Below, piece by piece: positions 20,517 through 30,841 of a stretch of 64,000 bases of DNA. Under the pieces are notes generated by a model. That model was not told the DNA's origin and ran no database searches. It worked only from the letters and a program-made list of their open reading frames with translations. The position numbers and the translations under genes are program-made. Position 1 is the first letter of the stretch. Each line of letters starts with the position of its first letter. This DNA comes from an uncultured Isosphaeraceae bacterium (lineage in GTDB: Bacteria > Planctomycetota > Planctomycetia > Isosphaerales > Isosphaeraceae): the NCBI GenBank assembly GCA_963823675.1, contig CAWGMT010000013.1:759177-823176 (forward strand), read 5' to 3'.

Positions 20517-21311
20517 ATGCTGGCGAAGCGGATCATTCCCTGCCTCGACGTTGACCATGGCCGAGTGGTGAAGGGAACGAATTTTGTCAATCTCAGGGAT
20601 GCGGGCGACCCCGTCGCCGTGGCCGCGCGCTACGACGCGGAAGGAGCCGATGAGCTCGTGTTCCTGGACATCACGGCCAGCCACGAAGTGCGCGCCATCC
20701 TCCTGGACGTGGTGAGTCGCACGGCTGAGGTCTGCTTCATGCCGCTCTGCGTCGGTGGCGGGATCCGCACGCTCGATGACATCCGAACTCTCTTGAAGGC
20801 CGGCGCCGACAAGGTCTCGATCAACTCGGCGGCGGTGCGCGATCCCGAGCTGATCCGCCAGGCGGCCCGGCGGTTCGGCAGCCAATGCATCGTGGTCAAT
20901 ATCGACCCCAAGCGCGTCTGGCACGACGGGAGTGAAGTCTGGGAAGTTCATATCAATGGCGGACGGTTGCCGACCGGCCGGGACGCCGTTTCATGGGCGC
21001 GGGAAGTCGAACGTCTGGGCGCCGGCGAGGTCGTGCTGACCAGCATGGACGCCGACGGGACGAAAAACGGCTACGACCTGGAAATGACGCGCGCCGTGGT
21101 CGACGCCGTCGGGATCCCGGTCGTGGCGTCCGGCGGTGCCGGCAGCCCCGAGCATCTCCGCGCCGCTCTGGCCGAGGGTGGTGCCAGCGCAGCCCTGGCC
21201 GCAAGCATCTTTCATTACCGCGAATATTCGATTGGAGAAACCAAGGACTACCTGGCCCGGCGGGGCGTGCCCGTCCGGCTGGTCGAACCGCGAAAGCCTG
21301 CGGTCGCCTGA
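20517..21311 (+). CDS. hisF: imidazole glycerol phosphate synthase cyclase subunit
   Basis: [33 protein letters not shown] and SGGAG are the hallmark HisF motifs. Confidence 0.9.
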   Translation: MLAKRIIPCLDVDHGRVVKGTNFVNLRDAGDPVAVAARYDAEGADELVFLDITASHEVRAILLDVVSRTAEVCFMPLCVGGGIRTLDDIRTLLKAGADKVSINSAAVRDPELIRQAARRFGSQCIVVNIDPKRVWHDGSEVWEVHINGGRLPTGRDAVSWAREVERLGAGEVVLTSMDADGTKNGYDLEMTRAVVDAVGIPVVASGGAGSPEHLRAALAEGGASAALAASIFHYREYSIGETKDYLARRGVPVRLVEPRKPAVA

Positions 21312-21424
21312 GTCGGACCAGTATCGGTAAGATGGCATAGGTCGAAAACGTCTCGCTGCGACGAGGAATGGCTTACCGGCACGACGATTGTTCTTAACTT
21401 CCCGGATTAACAGGAGCCAAGTTC

Positions 21425-22576
21425 ATGGCGACGGTCACCGAAACCCCGATCGAAGCTCTGCCCAATGAGCCCGAGGCCAACAAGCTCTTTCGAATGGTAA
21501 TGAAGTACAAGGGATCTGACCTCCACCTCAAGGTCGGCCAGCCCCCCGCGATGCGACTGGCCGGCGTCCTCCGATACATGCAGCTACCGCCGCTCTCCAC
21601 CGCCGATATGGAGCGCCTGATGTATCCGCTCCTGTCGGCCCGGCAAAGAGGAATCCTCGACGAGGAAGGCGGGGTCGATCTCGCCCACGTCGTCTTCGAT
21701 GCGGACCTCGAGACACGCTTTCGCGTCAATTTGTTCCGGCAGCGCGGCAAGCTGAGCCTGGTAGCACGGCGCGTCAACAACTCGATTCCCAACTTCGAGG
21801 GCCTCGGCCTGCCTGACGTTCTCGGCGAGATCGCCAGCTACGACCAGGGGATCGTGATCTTGGCGGGGGTCACGGGCAGCGGAAAGTCGACCACGATCGC
21901 CTCGATGCTCCAGTACGTCAACGAGCGGGAACGGTATCACATCGTGACCCTCGAAGACCCGATCGAATATACCTTTCGCGATGACAAGTCGATCATCAAC
22001 CAGCGAGAGATCGGCATCGACGTCATCGACTGGGACATCGCGCTGAAGCATGCCGTGCGTCAAGATCCCGATATCATCCTGGTCGGCGAAATGCGCGACA
22101 AGGACACGTTTAGTGCCGCCTTGCACGCGGCCGAAACTGGCCACCTGGTCTTCGGAACGATCCACGCTTCGAGTGCGCCTTCGACGATCAGCCGCATTCT
22201 CGACTTGTTCCCGCGCGACATGCACGGTGCGATGCGGCAGAACCTGGCGTTCAACCTCAAGGCCATCATCGCCCAGAAGTTGCTGCCGACCACCAAGGAG
22301 CTGGCGGCCAAGGGGCTTACCCGTGTCCCCACGTGCGAGATTCTGAGGATGAATCCGACGGTCCGCAAACTGATTCAAAACGAGGAGGACGCGAAGCTGG
22401 CCGATGCGATCCGGATCGGCAAGGAAGAAGGAATGATGGACTTTACCGAGAGCTTGCGCCAGCTCGTCGTCGCCGAAAAGATCGAGCGCGGCGTGGCGTT
22501 CGAGGTCGCGCCCAGTCCCGAGGCTTTGAAAATGGCGCTCAAGGGCATTACACTCGCACAACCCGGAATTCTCTAA
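21425..22576 (+). CDS. pilT: type IV pilus retraction ATPase PilT
   Basis: GSDLHL, Walker A GVTGSGKSTT, ITLEDPIEY, VGEMRD and the His box TGHLVFGTIH. Confidence 0.9.
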   Translation: MATVTETPIEALPNEPEANKLFRMVMKYKGSDLHLKVGQPPAMRLAGVLRYMQLPPLSTADMERLMYPLLSARQRGILDEEGGVDLAHVVFDADLETRFRVNLFRQRGKLSLVARRVNNSIPNFEGLGLPDVLGEIASYDQGIVILAGVTGSGKSTTIASMLQYVNERERYHIVTLEDPIEYTFRDDKSIINQREIGIDVIDWDIALKHAVRQDPDIILVGEMRDKDTFSAALHAAETGHLVFGTIHASSAPSTISRILDLFPRDMHGAMRQNLAFNLKAIIAQKLLPTTKELAAKGLTRVPTCEILRMNPTVRKLIQNEEDAKLADAIRIGKEEGMMDFTESLRQLVVAEKIERGVAFEVAPSPEALKMALKGITLAQPGIL

Positions 22577-22586
22577 CAATAGAAGG

Positions 22587-24341
22587 ATGGCAATGTCTCG
22601 CCCGTTCCTGGCGTTCCTGACGTTTTCCGCACTGTTCCTCGGCGCTACGGCCGCGGCCCAAGCCTCGGATTTCCTACCGGTCGTGCTGGCGCAGTCGACA
22701 TCCATCGTGCGCGGGCCGGGGATGTACTTGAATCTCTTCAAGTTCATCCCGGTGTTGCTCATCTATCTGCTCTGGGCCTGGAGCACCGACTGGGTCGAGC
22801 ACGATACCAAGGAGCTGAACAATCTCAAGTTCGGCATCTGGAACACGGCGGTTTTCTGCTCGGGCGCGCTCGGCTTGCTGCTCATCTTCGCCATCCCGAT
22901 CTACCCCCTCGGGTTGGGGCTCTTGCTGCTTGCCTACTTCGTGCCCATTCTGACCTACGTTTACGTCCGCAACCAAACGGTGCCCGACGACCAGAAGGTG
23001 CTGACTCCCTATCACTTGGGCGAAGTTGCCAACGAGCTGTTGTTTCGGCTGGGCATGAAGCCCCTTTTTAACCGCGACGCCGGGCCGATCGATCGGGCCG
23101 GTCCCCCGATCACGTTCGTGGGCAAGACGCAGGGCACCGGCAAGGAAGACCCGGCGCGGGTGCGTCAAGCCGAGGAATCGCGGTCGTACATGGCGTGCAA
23201 GGAATTGGTGTACGACGCGGTGCTGCGGCGGGCGACCGACATCCACCTGGAGCCGACCACGGAACAGCTCTCGGTCCGCTACCGGATCGACGGTATTCTC
23301 CATGCCGCCGAGCCGTTCGATCGGCCCACCGGCGACGCCGTGGTCAATGTCTTCAAGGTCCTTTCGGCCCTCGATATCTCCGAGAAGCGCAAGCCGCAAG
23401 ACGGCTCCTTCGGCGCCAAGCTGCAAGGGCGCGATCTCGACTTCCGCGTGGCGACATCCGGCTCCAAGGCCGGTGAGAAGCTGGTGATGCGCATCCTGGA
23501 CAACTCGACCTCGATCACCAAGCTCGAAGACCTGGGCATGAGGCCCAAGCTCATCGAATCGGTCCGGGGACTGGTGACGCAGCCCCATGGAATGTTCCTG
23601 TGCTGTGGCCCGACCGGGGCCGGTAAATCGACCACGCTCTACGCGGCCCTCCGCGAGATCGATCGCTACCAGAAAAACATCATCACCGTCGAGGACCCGA
23701 TCGAGTACCACCTGGACAACATCACCCAGATGGAGGTCAACACCAAGGCCGGTCAGACCTTCGCGGGCAGCCTGCGGTCAATCCTGCGACAAGATCCCGA
23801 CGTGATCATGATCGGCGAAATCCGGGACCAGGAGACGGCCTCGATCGCCTGCCAGGCGTCCAACACGGGGCACATGGTCTTCTCGACCGTGCACTCCAAC
23901 GACGCCGTGACCGCCCTGTTCCGCCTCCTCGACCTCGGTGTCGAGCCGTTCATGATCGCTTCGGCACTCTCCGGAGTGCTGGCCCAGCGGCTGGTGCGGC
24001 TCCTCTGCGAGGCTTGCAAGGAACCCTACAAGCCCAAGCCCGACTTCCTCAAAAAGGCCAACCTCCCCGTCGAGAAGGTCAACGTCTTCTACCGGCGTCC
24101 CGAGAACCCCGAACAGGTGTGCCAGCAATGCGGCGGCACGGGCTACTTCGGGCGCATCGGAATCTTCGAGCTGATGGTCCTGACCGAGCCGATGAGGGAG
24201 ATGATCCGCGAGAACCCATCGATCACCAAGCTCAAGGCCGAGGCGCGCAAAAACGGCATGATCTACCTCCAGGAAGACGGCCTGCGTCAGGTCATCCAGG
24301 GGCGCACCTCCATCGAAGAGCTGCTCCGCGTCGTAAAATAG
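22587..24341 (+). CDS. GspE/PilB-family secretion ATPase with an unusual N-terminal signal-like segment plus three predicted TM helices
   Basis: Residues 1-130: a hydrophobic leader, then three roughly 20-aa hydrophobic helices. The C-terminal portion is a complete GspE core: CCGPTGAGKSTT, TVEDPIEY, DVIMIGEIRD, TGHMVFSTVH and the tetra-Cys Zn motif CEAC...CQQCGGTGY. Confidence 0.85.
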   Translation: MAMSRPFLAFLTFSALFLGATAAAQASDFLPVVLAQSTSIVRGPGMYLNLFKFIPVLLIYLLWAWSTDWVEHDTKELNNLKFGIWNTAVFCSGALGLLLIFAIPIYPLGLGLLLLAYFVPILTYVYVRNQTVPDDQKVLTPYHLGEVANELLFRLGMKPLFNRDAGPIDRAGPPITFVGKTQGTGKEDPARVRQAEESRSYMACKELVYDAVLRRATDIHLEPTTEQLSVRYRIDGILHAAEPFDRPTGDAVVNVFKVLSALDISEKRKPQDGSFGAKLQGRDLDFRVATSGSKAGEKLVMRILDNSTSITKLEDLGMRPKLIESVRGLVTQPHGMFLCCGPTGAGKSTTLYAALREIDRYQKNIITVEDPIEYHLDNITQMEVNTKAGQTFAGSLRSILRQDPDVIMIGEIRDQETASIACQASNTGHMVFSTVHSNDAVTALFRLLDLGVEPFMIASALSGVLAQRLVRLLCEACKEPYKPKPDFLKKANLPVEKVNVFYRRPENPEQVCQQCGGTGYFGRIGIFELMVLTEPMREMIRENPSITKLKAEARKNGMIYLQEDGLRQVIQGRTSIEELLRVVK

Positions 24342-24440
24342 ACCAAGAAGCGAGCGGGAATTCCTTACGAAATCGTTCGTGCTGCGCGGGCCCAGAACCC
24401 TTTTCCACGGACGTCACACTCGAAACGCGAGACATTCGCC

Positions 24441-25157
24441 ATGGCTGCAAATATCATCAACGGCATCATCTTGTTCCTCACGCTGGGACTGACGTACGTC
24501 CTCACGAGCGAAGGGCTCTGGGGCGCGGCCCTGATGTTCTTCAACGTCTTGTTCGGAGCGATGATCGCGTTCAACTTCTACGAGCCGCTGGCCGCGATGC
24601 TGGATCGGACCGGCATCAACTGGGGATTCTCAGATACCCTTTGCATGATGAGTCTATTCTGCATCTCGGTTGTCATGTTGCGAATGATTACCGAGACCCT
24701 CGGGCCCGCGCAAGTGCGGTTTCCCACGCCGATCTACCACATCGGCCGGCTTGCCTTCGGATTGGCTGGGGCGGTCGTCACCATGGCGGTCATCATCCTG
24801 GCATTTCATGCGGCGCCGGTTCACAAGAAGATCTTCTTCGCGATCACGTATGAATCCAAGCCCCCTTTCGGTCTGGGTATCGATCATCAGTGGCTGGGGT
24901 TTTTCCAGCACACGACCGGTGACGTATTCGCCCGGTATGGCGTCGGTAGCCGTGATCCATTCCGGCAATACGGACATGGGGGACGGGTGCAAGTCTTCGA
25001 TCCCCGCGCCGAATGGCTGATCGACCACCAGGAAGCCCGGCCATACGGCGAGGGATCGATCATCGGAGGAGACGAGGGCGAGGGCAAAGCGGAGGGTCAA
25101 GGACAGGCTGGCCGGCCTGGCGGCAGGATCGGCGCGCCTGGCGGTGCTCCGCCGTGA
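24441..25157 (+). CDS. CvpA-family-like polytopic membrane protein (uncertain)
   Basis: Four predicted TM helices with a CvpA-like N-terminus and a Gly-rich low-complexity C-terminus. Confidence 0.45.
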   Translation: MAANIINGIILFLTLGLTYVLTSEGLWGAALMFFNVLFGAMIAFNFYEPLAAMLDRTGINWGFSDTLCMMSLFCISVVMLRMITETLGPAQVRFPTPIYHIGRLAFGLAGAVVTMAVIILAFHAAPVHKKIFFAITYESKPPFGLGIDHQWLGFFQHTTGDVFARYGVGSRDPFRQYGHGGRVQVFDPRAEWLIDHQEARPYGEGSIIGGDEGEGKAEGQGQAGRPGGRIGAPGGAPP

Positions 25158-25178
25158 GATCAACTTTTGAACCTCACG

Positions 25179-25727
25179 TCAGCGGCTGGAGTTCGTCACG
25201 TCGCCCCTGGCGAGAGCCCGTAGCTCGACCAGCTCGAAGCGCGACTTCGCCGATTTTCCCACGGTCTGCTGCGTCTGGAGGCGATAAATTCCCACTTGTT
25301 TCGTGGTGGTTTCAATGACATAGAGCGGCGCCCAGCCCTCGGTATACGCGCCCAGCGAGCCAGTGGTCATCAGGAAATGCGGACGAGGGCCTGTATCCAG
25401 ATCCAGCTTGAAATCGGCGACGAGGTTGCGCTCCTCGAAGGCATCAATCAGGCTGAGCGACTTGGTGGTCTGCCGGTACGATGGAATCGTCGCCATCAGA
25501 CGCCCGCCCTTATAGTCCAGGAAATAGAGTGCATCGGTCGGGATCGCGGACTTGGTTCCCTCATCGAAACGAACCATAACCGGACCGGTCGCAACCACCG
25601 AATCGCCAGAGCGGTCGCCGGCACTGGCTCGCATCGGCGCCGGCCGAAGACTCGCAAGCAGCACGCCCAGAACGACACCCCCGGCGACGGCAACAACCGT
25701 AGGAACACGCATTTGAGACAGAGCCAT
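25179..25727 (-). CDS. hypothetical protein with an N-terminal TM/signal anchor
   Basis: 182-aa ORF with a hydrophobic N-terminus. No recognisable domain. Confidence 0.4.
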   Translation of the reverse strand: MALSQMRVPTVVAVAGGVVLGVLLASLRPAPMRASAGDRSGDSVVATGPVMVRFDEGTKSAIPTDALYFLDYKGGRLMATIPSYRQTTKSLSLIDAFEERNLVADFKLDLDTGPRPHFLMTTGSLGAYTEGWAPLYVIETTTKQVGIYRLQTQQTVGKSAKSRFELVELRALARGDVTNSSR

Positions 25728-26023
25728 GGATCATCGACTCCTTTCCAGCTTGTGGGTCGCTCGCCGTCTTCGCGAGGCGGCGGTCTTCGGGCACCGATCG
25801 CTAAGTCCACGCGCGGAACGACTTGCGCAAGTTTAAGTCAAGCTGGAAAGCCTGACTTACGGCGCGCGGTATTTCGCGGTTCCACGTATCATCCCCATTT
25901 TCGAGGCAGCAGGCGGTGCATTGTGAAATGATCCGCCGAAGGTGTCCAGCCCAACGAAGACGCCTACATGGTGTTGGCGAGCGTCATGCGATACGTTCGG
26001 GTCAGGCGCTGCGCGAGAATAAG

Positions 26024-26050
26024 TGTCGCCTTTCGCTCCGCGAAAGGACG
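26024..26050. promoter_or_regulatory. palindromic motif TGTCGCCTTTCGCTCCGCGAAAGG about 140 bp upstream of the gene starting at 26189; the same 23-nt core is repeated three times at 60839-60916
   Basis: The reverse complement reads CTTTCGCGGAGCGAAAGGCGACA, identical to copies B and C at 60876-60916. It contains a CCTTTCGC/GCGAAAGG 8-bp hairpin. Confidence 0.4.
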
Positions 26051-26188
26051 TTCAATTCTCGCACAGCTCCCTTGTGGTACCATCAACAGCCGGTGCGCTG
26101 GTCGAACCGCCCGGTACCGAATAATCGGGAATCCGCGGCGTCTCTCAATCATGATAGGATGCGCTAAACCTTCGTTGGAGAAACCACG

Positions 26189-28077
26189 ATGGGCGGTGTC
26201 GGCTGTGTTCTCGGTTTACTGGTTTTTCTCCAGGTTCCTCCCCCTTCACCCACAGACCAAAATGCACGCGAGCTGGAAGCGGCGCGGCGGTGGGTTCTCG
26301 CACGAGAGACCACGGCTCTCGAGGGGGTGGCGGAAGAGCTCACGCGTCTCGATAAGCCGGAAGGCGCTGGTCAGATCCATAAGTTGTTGCTGACGGCCGC
26401 TTCACCGGACGGACCGACCCGGTTCATGCCGCTTCCCGAGGTCGTCGGTCACGGCGGTAAACTGCCGGCTGGAGGAGACGGGCTTCCCGGGCCCAAGAAG
26501 CAACCGGAGCAACGTTCCCTGGCGCTGGACGCGCCATGGCAAGCCAAGGTTGACACGATTCGATCCCAGGCGGCGTCGAAGCTGTGCGAGGTTGCCCAGC
26601 GCGGCGCCAAGTCGGACCCGCCACGGTACTCGCTGGCCAGTGTGTGTCTGCGCTCGGTGCTCGAGCGGCAACCCGATCATCCCGAGGGCGCAGGCTGCTG
26701 GGGTATGTCCGGCATGGGGATGGCTGGGCCCGGCCTTTTGCCGTCCGCCAGCTCAAGGACGGGAAGGTAAACCACCCCACGTTCGGTTGGGTCCCGTCCG
26801 ACTGGCTCCCTCATCTCGAGCGCGGCGAGCTGCCGGCGCCCCGGCGACGAGGCCAAAGAGAAGACCGCTGGCTGTCCGCCGCCGACGCCGACCGCCTCAG
26901 GGCTGACTGGGATCAGCGGTGGCAGATCGCGACCGAGCACTTCACGCTGCTGACGAATGTGCCGCTCGCGGAGGCGATCCACTTCGGCCGTCGCCTCGAG
27001 GCCTTCCACGACCTGTTCACAACGCTCCTCGCCGATATCCTGGGCGACAAGCTGCCGCTGGTCCGTCGGTTCCGCGACCCCGCCATGACGGGCGAGCCCG
27101 AGTACAGGCCGCACGTCGTTTATTATTTTGCATCCAAGGCGGAATACGTCGACTATTTCCGCAACAGGGCCGGAGCCGCCGCACGCGAACTCGGTTATTA
27201 CGATCCACCCAAGTCGGAGCGAGGGCGCGTCCCCGCTTACTTCTTCCGCGACCCGGAAGGCGAGCTTCCGGTCGAGGCCAACCTTTATCACGAAGTTTCG
27301 CACCAACTTCTCTTCGAGACGGCCCCATCCAACGCTTACACCAAGAATTTCGGGAATTACTGGGTCTTCGAGGGTTTGGGAACCTATTTCGAGACGGTGT
27401 TGCCCCAAGACGACGGATCGCTCGAGGTCGGCGGAATGGTCGGCCGCCGCATCGAGGCAGCACTCAGCTCGCTGGTCAACCAAAAGCGGAAATTTCCCCT
27501 GGCCGAGTTCATCGCTTTGGGTGAGCCTGCATTCAAGAGGGACAGTCCCCGGATCGTTCTCTATTACCAGCAGGCCATGGCTCTTACGGTGTTCCTCATG
27601 CAGTGGCGCGCAGGAACCTACCGTGACGCCTTCCTGGATTACGTCCACGATGCCTATCGGGGACGGATCAAACGGACCACAGGCCGCTCGCTCCAGGATC
27701 GCCTGGGTCAGCCTTACGAGACACTCGACCGCCAGTTCCTGACGTTCCTGGAGAGCGCTCGCGCCGCGCTGCGCGTGGTGAATCGTCACCCGCGAAATCC
27801 CAGAGCGGCGGGATCAGAACCGTCCCGAATCCATAGGCCCTTCAGGGCCGCGGATCGACAACTCGTTGTCGATGTTGGGCGTGGGTCTCCTGACCCCGCC
27901 CGCTGCCGGACCGAAGGTCTCCCGACTGCCGGCTGCCCCGCAACGGGCCACTTTTTCCGGGCGAAGTCCCGGAAAAAGCGTAGATTCTTTCCGCTGAACT
28001 TCTACGCAACTTGCGCATCCTGCGATCGCCGGACGGAGCCGGCTCCTACAAAGGCACGTGCTGCTGCGCCGCTGTAG
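26189..28077 (+). CDS. secreted HExxH-motif protein (putative zinc-metallopeptidase-like); frameshifted at about 26680-26690, 3' end uncertain
   Basis: ORF 26189..26770 carries a signal peptide. ORF 26584..28077 contains YHEVSHQLLFE (HExxH) and a long conserved-looking body. One added C or G near catcccgaggg joins them. The tail after about 27800 is low-complexity and may be read-through. Confidence 0.5.
27951..27978 (+). terminator. perfect 11-bp stem hairpin CTTTTTCCGGG-cgaagt-CCCGGAAAAAG followed by a T-rich stretch; candidate intrinsic terminator
   Basis: Seen directly in the sequence. Followed by gattctttcc. Confidence 0.4.
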
Positions 28078-28271
28078 GAGGGGGCTCTGTCCCCCGATCT
28101 GTTGGCTGCGGCTCTGCCGCGTTGGGATCAGGACGTCAATAACTTCGCGGAGAGGGAGCTTGTCGCATCGAAGCCCGGTCGGGTGCGGCCCAGGCCCATA
28201 CTAACCCGACGCGCCAGCGAGCGACGTCCGCCGAGGCCGGCGGCAGATGCATAGCCGCTCCCTCGCTTGCC

Positions 28272-28513
28272 TCATTCGCCCACGTACGGTAAAAGCGCCA
28301 TGAACCGCGCCCGCTTGACAGCGGCGCTGGAAGCGCGCTGGAACGCCGCGCAACTGCCGCTGCGCTGCGCGAGAAGATCTTGTTCTGGTTGGTGCACAGC
28401 TTCTTGAGCAGACCGATATCCTTGTAATCGACGTAAGCCGGCCGGGGGCACCCGTCACGCGTGCAAAACCGGCAGCGATTCTTGCGGTTTCGTCCGAACT
28501 TCTTCCGGGGCAT
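28272..28513 (-). CDS. rpsR: 30S ribosomal protein S18, interrupted by a single-base frameshift near 28358-28372
   Basis: The N-terminus MPRKKFGRNRKNRCRFC..AYVDYKDIGLLKKL..NKIFSR matches S18. The listed frame continues into non-S18 sequence. The -1 frame gives SGSCAAFQRASSAAVKRARFMALLPYVGE*, the conserved S18 C-terminus, with a stop at 28272. Confidence 0.8.
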
Positions 28514-28713
28514 TTCCTTGGTTTCCTTGACCCATCGGGAACCAGAGCACTTCTCTGGGGGCGGATAACGCCACTCGACCGGTGAGCATACGATGTCTCA
28601 AATAGTCGGAAACTATGAATTTAGCCCCATTGGTCCGTACAGTCAAGCGCGCGCGAAGGACCTCTGTCCTGCCGACCCATTCACGGCCCACGACTGAGCG
28701 GCGGGGCCCGCGT

Positions 28714-28992
28714 CTAATCGAGCAGGGCCGCCAAGGCGGGGCCAGGGGAATTGCCCATGTAGGCAGCAACCTCGGCCGGGTGACGCTCGGCGAAGCCCAG
28801 AACGTCGCGGATCAGCTCCAGACTCAGTTCGTATTCCTCCGCGATCAGCTCCGGTGGCTTGCCGAGTTCGTGATGTGCATTCAAGATGTCGAAAAGCGCG
28901 ATCCTACGCCCAGCAACTCGTACATCACCGTCGCGGCTCCATTGCAAAGAGGCAGGCAAGAGCTGGATCAACGCATCCGGTCGGTCCATCAA
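28714..28992 (-). CDS. DUF433-like small protein
   Basis: GRRIALFDILNAHHELGKPPELIAEEYELSLELIRDVLGFA matches the DUF433 pattern (G.RI...il..l..G...eeI...Y.ls.e.i). Confidence 0.55.
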   Translation of the reverse strand: MMDRPDALIQLLPASLQWSRDGDVRVAGRRIALFDILNAHHELGKPPELIAEEYELSLELIRDVLGFAERHPAEVAAYMGNSPGPALAALLD

Positions 28993-29074
28993 TCATCGGC
29001 TCCCCGTGCACGGCATGCCTTTGGCCGCGGACATGCGACGTGCTAAAGTCCATTTGGTTTTTCCCGCCATGTCA

Positions 29075-30403
29075 TTACTCGCCAAAGTAGCCGAGCCAGG
29101 CCAGGTCAAGCACGTCGGGTGTCAGCTCCAAGGGCTTGCCCTGGAACCGGCAGATATCGCAGGCCCGCTCGATCAGGTCGCGCGGCTCACACGAGCGCGG
29201 TTCCCGGTTCTGCGCACGGTAACGCTCCAGCAGTTTGGCGATTAGCTCGGGAGTAACCGCCAGCCCCCGGCCGTTGGCATAGTTCTGGAAAATCTGGGTG
29301 AATTGTTCCGGCGTGGGCGTCCCCAGATAGACTCGATACCCCAGGCGGCGCAAAAAGGCCGGGTCTGTGACCACCTCGGGGCTGAGGTTGGTGGCGATGA
29401 TGAGCACGTGGCGCAGCGGCAACTGAATCTTCCGACCGGTGCGCAGTGTGAAATAGTCAATCTGGTATTCCATCGGCGTGATGAAACGATTGAGTAACTG
29501 GTCGGGTGAAACACGCTCGCGCCCGAAGTCATCGACCAGGAACACGCCGCCGTTCGCCTTGAGATGTGGTGGCGCCTCATATTGGTGCAGCGCCGGGCTG
29601 TAGATCAAATCGAGGGACTCGAGCGTCAACTCGCCACCGACCACCACGAGTGGACGACGGATTCGAACCCATCGTTGATCGATTGAAGCGGACTGGTCGT
29701 CGTCGCTCTTCAAGCGCTCATGAGTCTGATCATCAAACAGACGGACAACGTCGTTGCCCACGCTGATGGCGTAGGGGATCCAGTAACCCCCGGGAAGCGC
29801 GGAGTGGAGCTTGCGGCCAACGCTGCTTTTGCCGTTTCCGGGCGGCCCGAAGAGAAACAGGCTGCGCCCGGAGGAGACGGCGAGGCCGGCGAGCTCCGCG
29901 GCCTTCGGTGTGAGAACCAGTCCCGAGAGCGCGGCGACCACGTTCTCCTGCTTCACCGGCCGCATGTTCGCGAATTGCCAGCGCAGCATCGCCGCATAAG
30001 ACTCCAGGCTGACCGGCGCCGGGCCGATGTAGCCGCAAATCTCGAGCAAGCGCGACGCCTGCTGGCGGCCTTGGTCCGTGATCCGGTAATGGTGACCGCC
30101 CTCGCCAGTCTCCCAGAGTTGCTCCATCGTCCCATCCATACAGACTCGTTCCAGGACCTTACGAGCCAGCAACGGGGAGATGTGCAGCCGCTGGGAGACC
30201 CAATCGGTGGTGAACCGGGTTTCGGTGAAACCCCACTTCACCATCATGTCGGCCAGGATGCGTGGTTCCAGTCCCGTCGTCGCGATCTCTTGCGGCGCCT
30301 TGGGCGCGATCAGGTTGCCGACCCGGTGCAGAGGCGGCAAGTGGGGGTCTTTCTCTTTGGAAGGGGCGGGCGCTGCACCGGCGCTTGTAGTCTTGTCTGC
30401 CAT
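29075..30403 (-). CDS. AAA+ ATPase with an N-terminal winged-helix-like domain
   Basis: Walker A LFLFGPPGNGKSS. Walker B/sensor context GGVFLVDDFGRE..VLIIATNL and arginine-finger-like FLRRLGYRV. The N-terminal region resembles a wHTH (GHHYRITDQGRQ). Confidence 0.75.
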   Translation of the reverse strand: MADKTTSAGAAPAPSKEKDPHLPPLHRVGNLIAPKAPQEIATTGLEPRILADMMVKWGFTETRFTTDWVSQRLHISPLLARKVLERVCMDGTMEQLWETGEGGHHYRITDQGRQQASRLLEICGYIGPAPVSLESYAAMLRWQFANMRPVKQENVVAALSGLVLTPKAAELAGLAVSSGRSLFLFGPPGNGKSSVGRKLHSALPGGYWIPYAISVGNDVVRLFDDQTHERLKSDDDQSASIDQRWVRIRRPLVVVGGELTLESLDLIYSPALHQYEAPPHLKANGGVFLVDDFGRERVSPDQLLNRFITPMEYQIDYFTLRTGRKIQLPLRHVLIIATNLSPEVVTDPAFLRRLGYRVYLGTPTPEQFTQIFQNYANGRGLAVTPELIAKLLERYRAQNREPRSCEPRDLIERACDICRFQGKPLELTPDVLDLAWLGYFGE

Positions 30404-30841
30404 GACGTTCCTCTTTGAGCGTCAGGTTGGAGTGATTGATTCAAACGAAGAAGCCAACGGCGTGTCGTTTCATCACGCGAGGCTCAGGCCCCAGCTTAGC
30501 AAATCCGGCCCGCCGAAAACCACCCTGATGATATCAAAAACCGCCGCGACGTCGTGAGACATTTCCCGCACCTCCCAGTACAGGCTTGTAAGTTTCCAGG
30601 ACTTTCAGCCGATAACCGCGAGTCACCCAGCCCGCGAACGGCGCGGGAACCAGGAGCGGTGCGGTCAGGGCGTTCCAGACAGGAGGGGCCTGATCAAGCA
30701 GCCCTCGTGGTTCGTGGTCAGCGGCCAGGGGGCAGTGCTACAAGGAAGCCACGGATGAGCTCAATGAACCGAGTTCCGCTCCTGGGGCTCGTCGCCGGCT
30801 TACGGCCACTCGACCTGGAGCGGACTCGATTGTGCGGCGGG

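Noticed and set aside
22674-23711. 345-aa minus-strand ORF
   Set aside because: It is antisense to the GspE-like ATPase, which has unambiguous Walker and His-box motifs on the plus strand.
26677-27789. 370-aa minus-strand ORF
   Set aside because: It is antisense to the HExxH protein gene and has no motifs.
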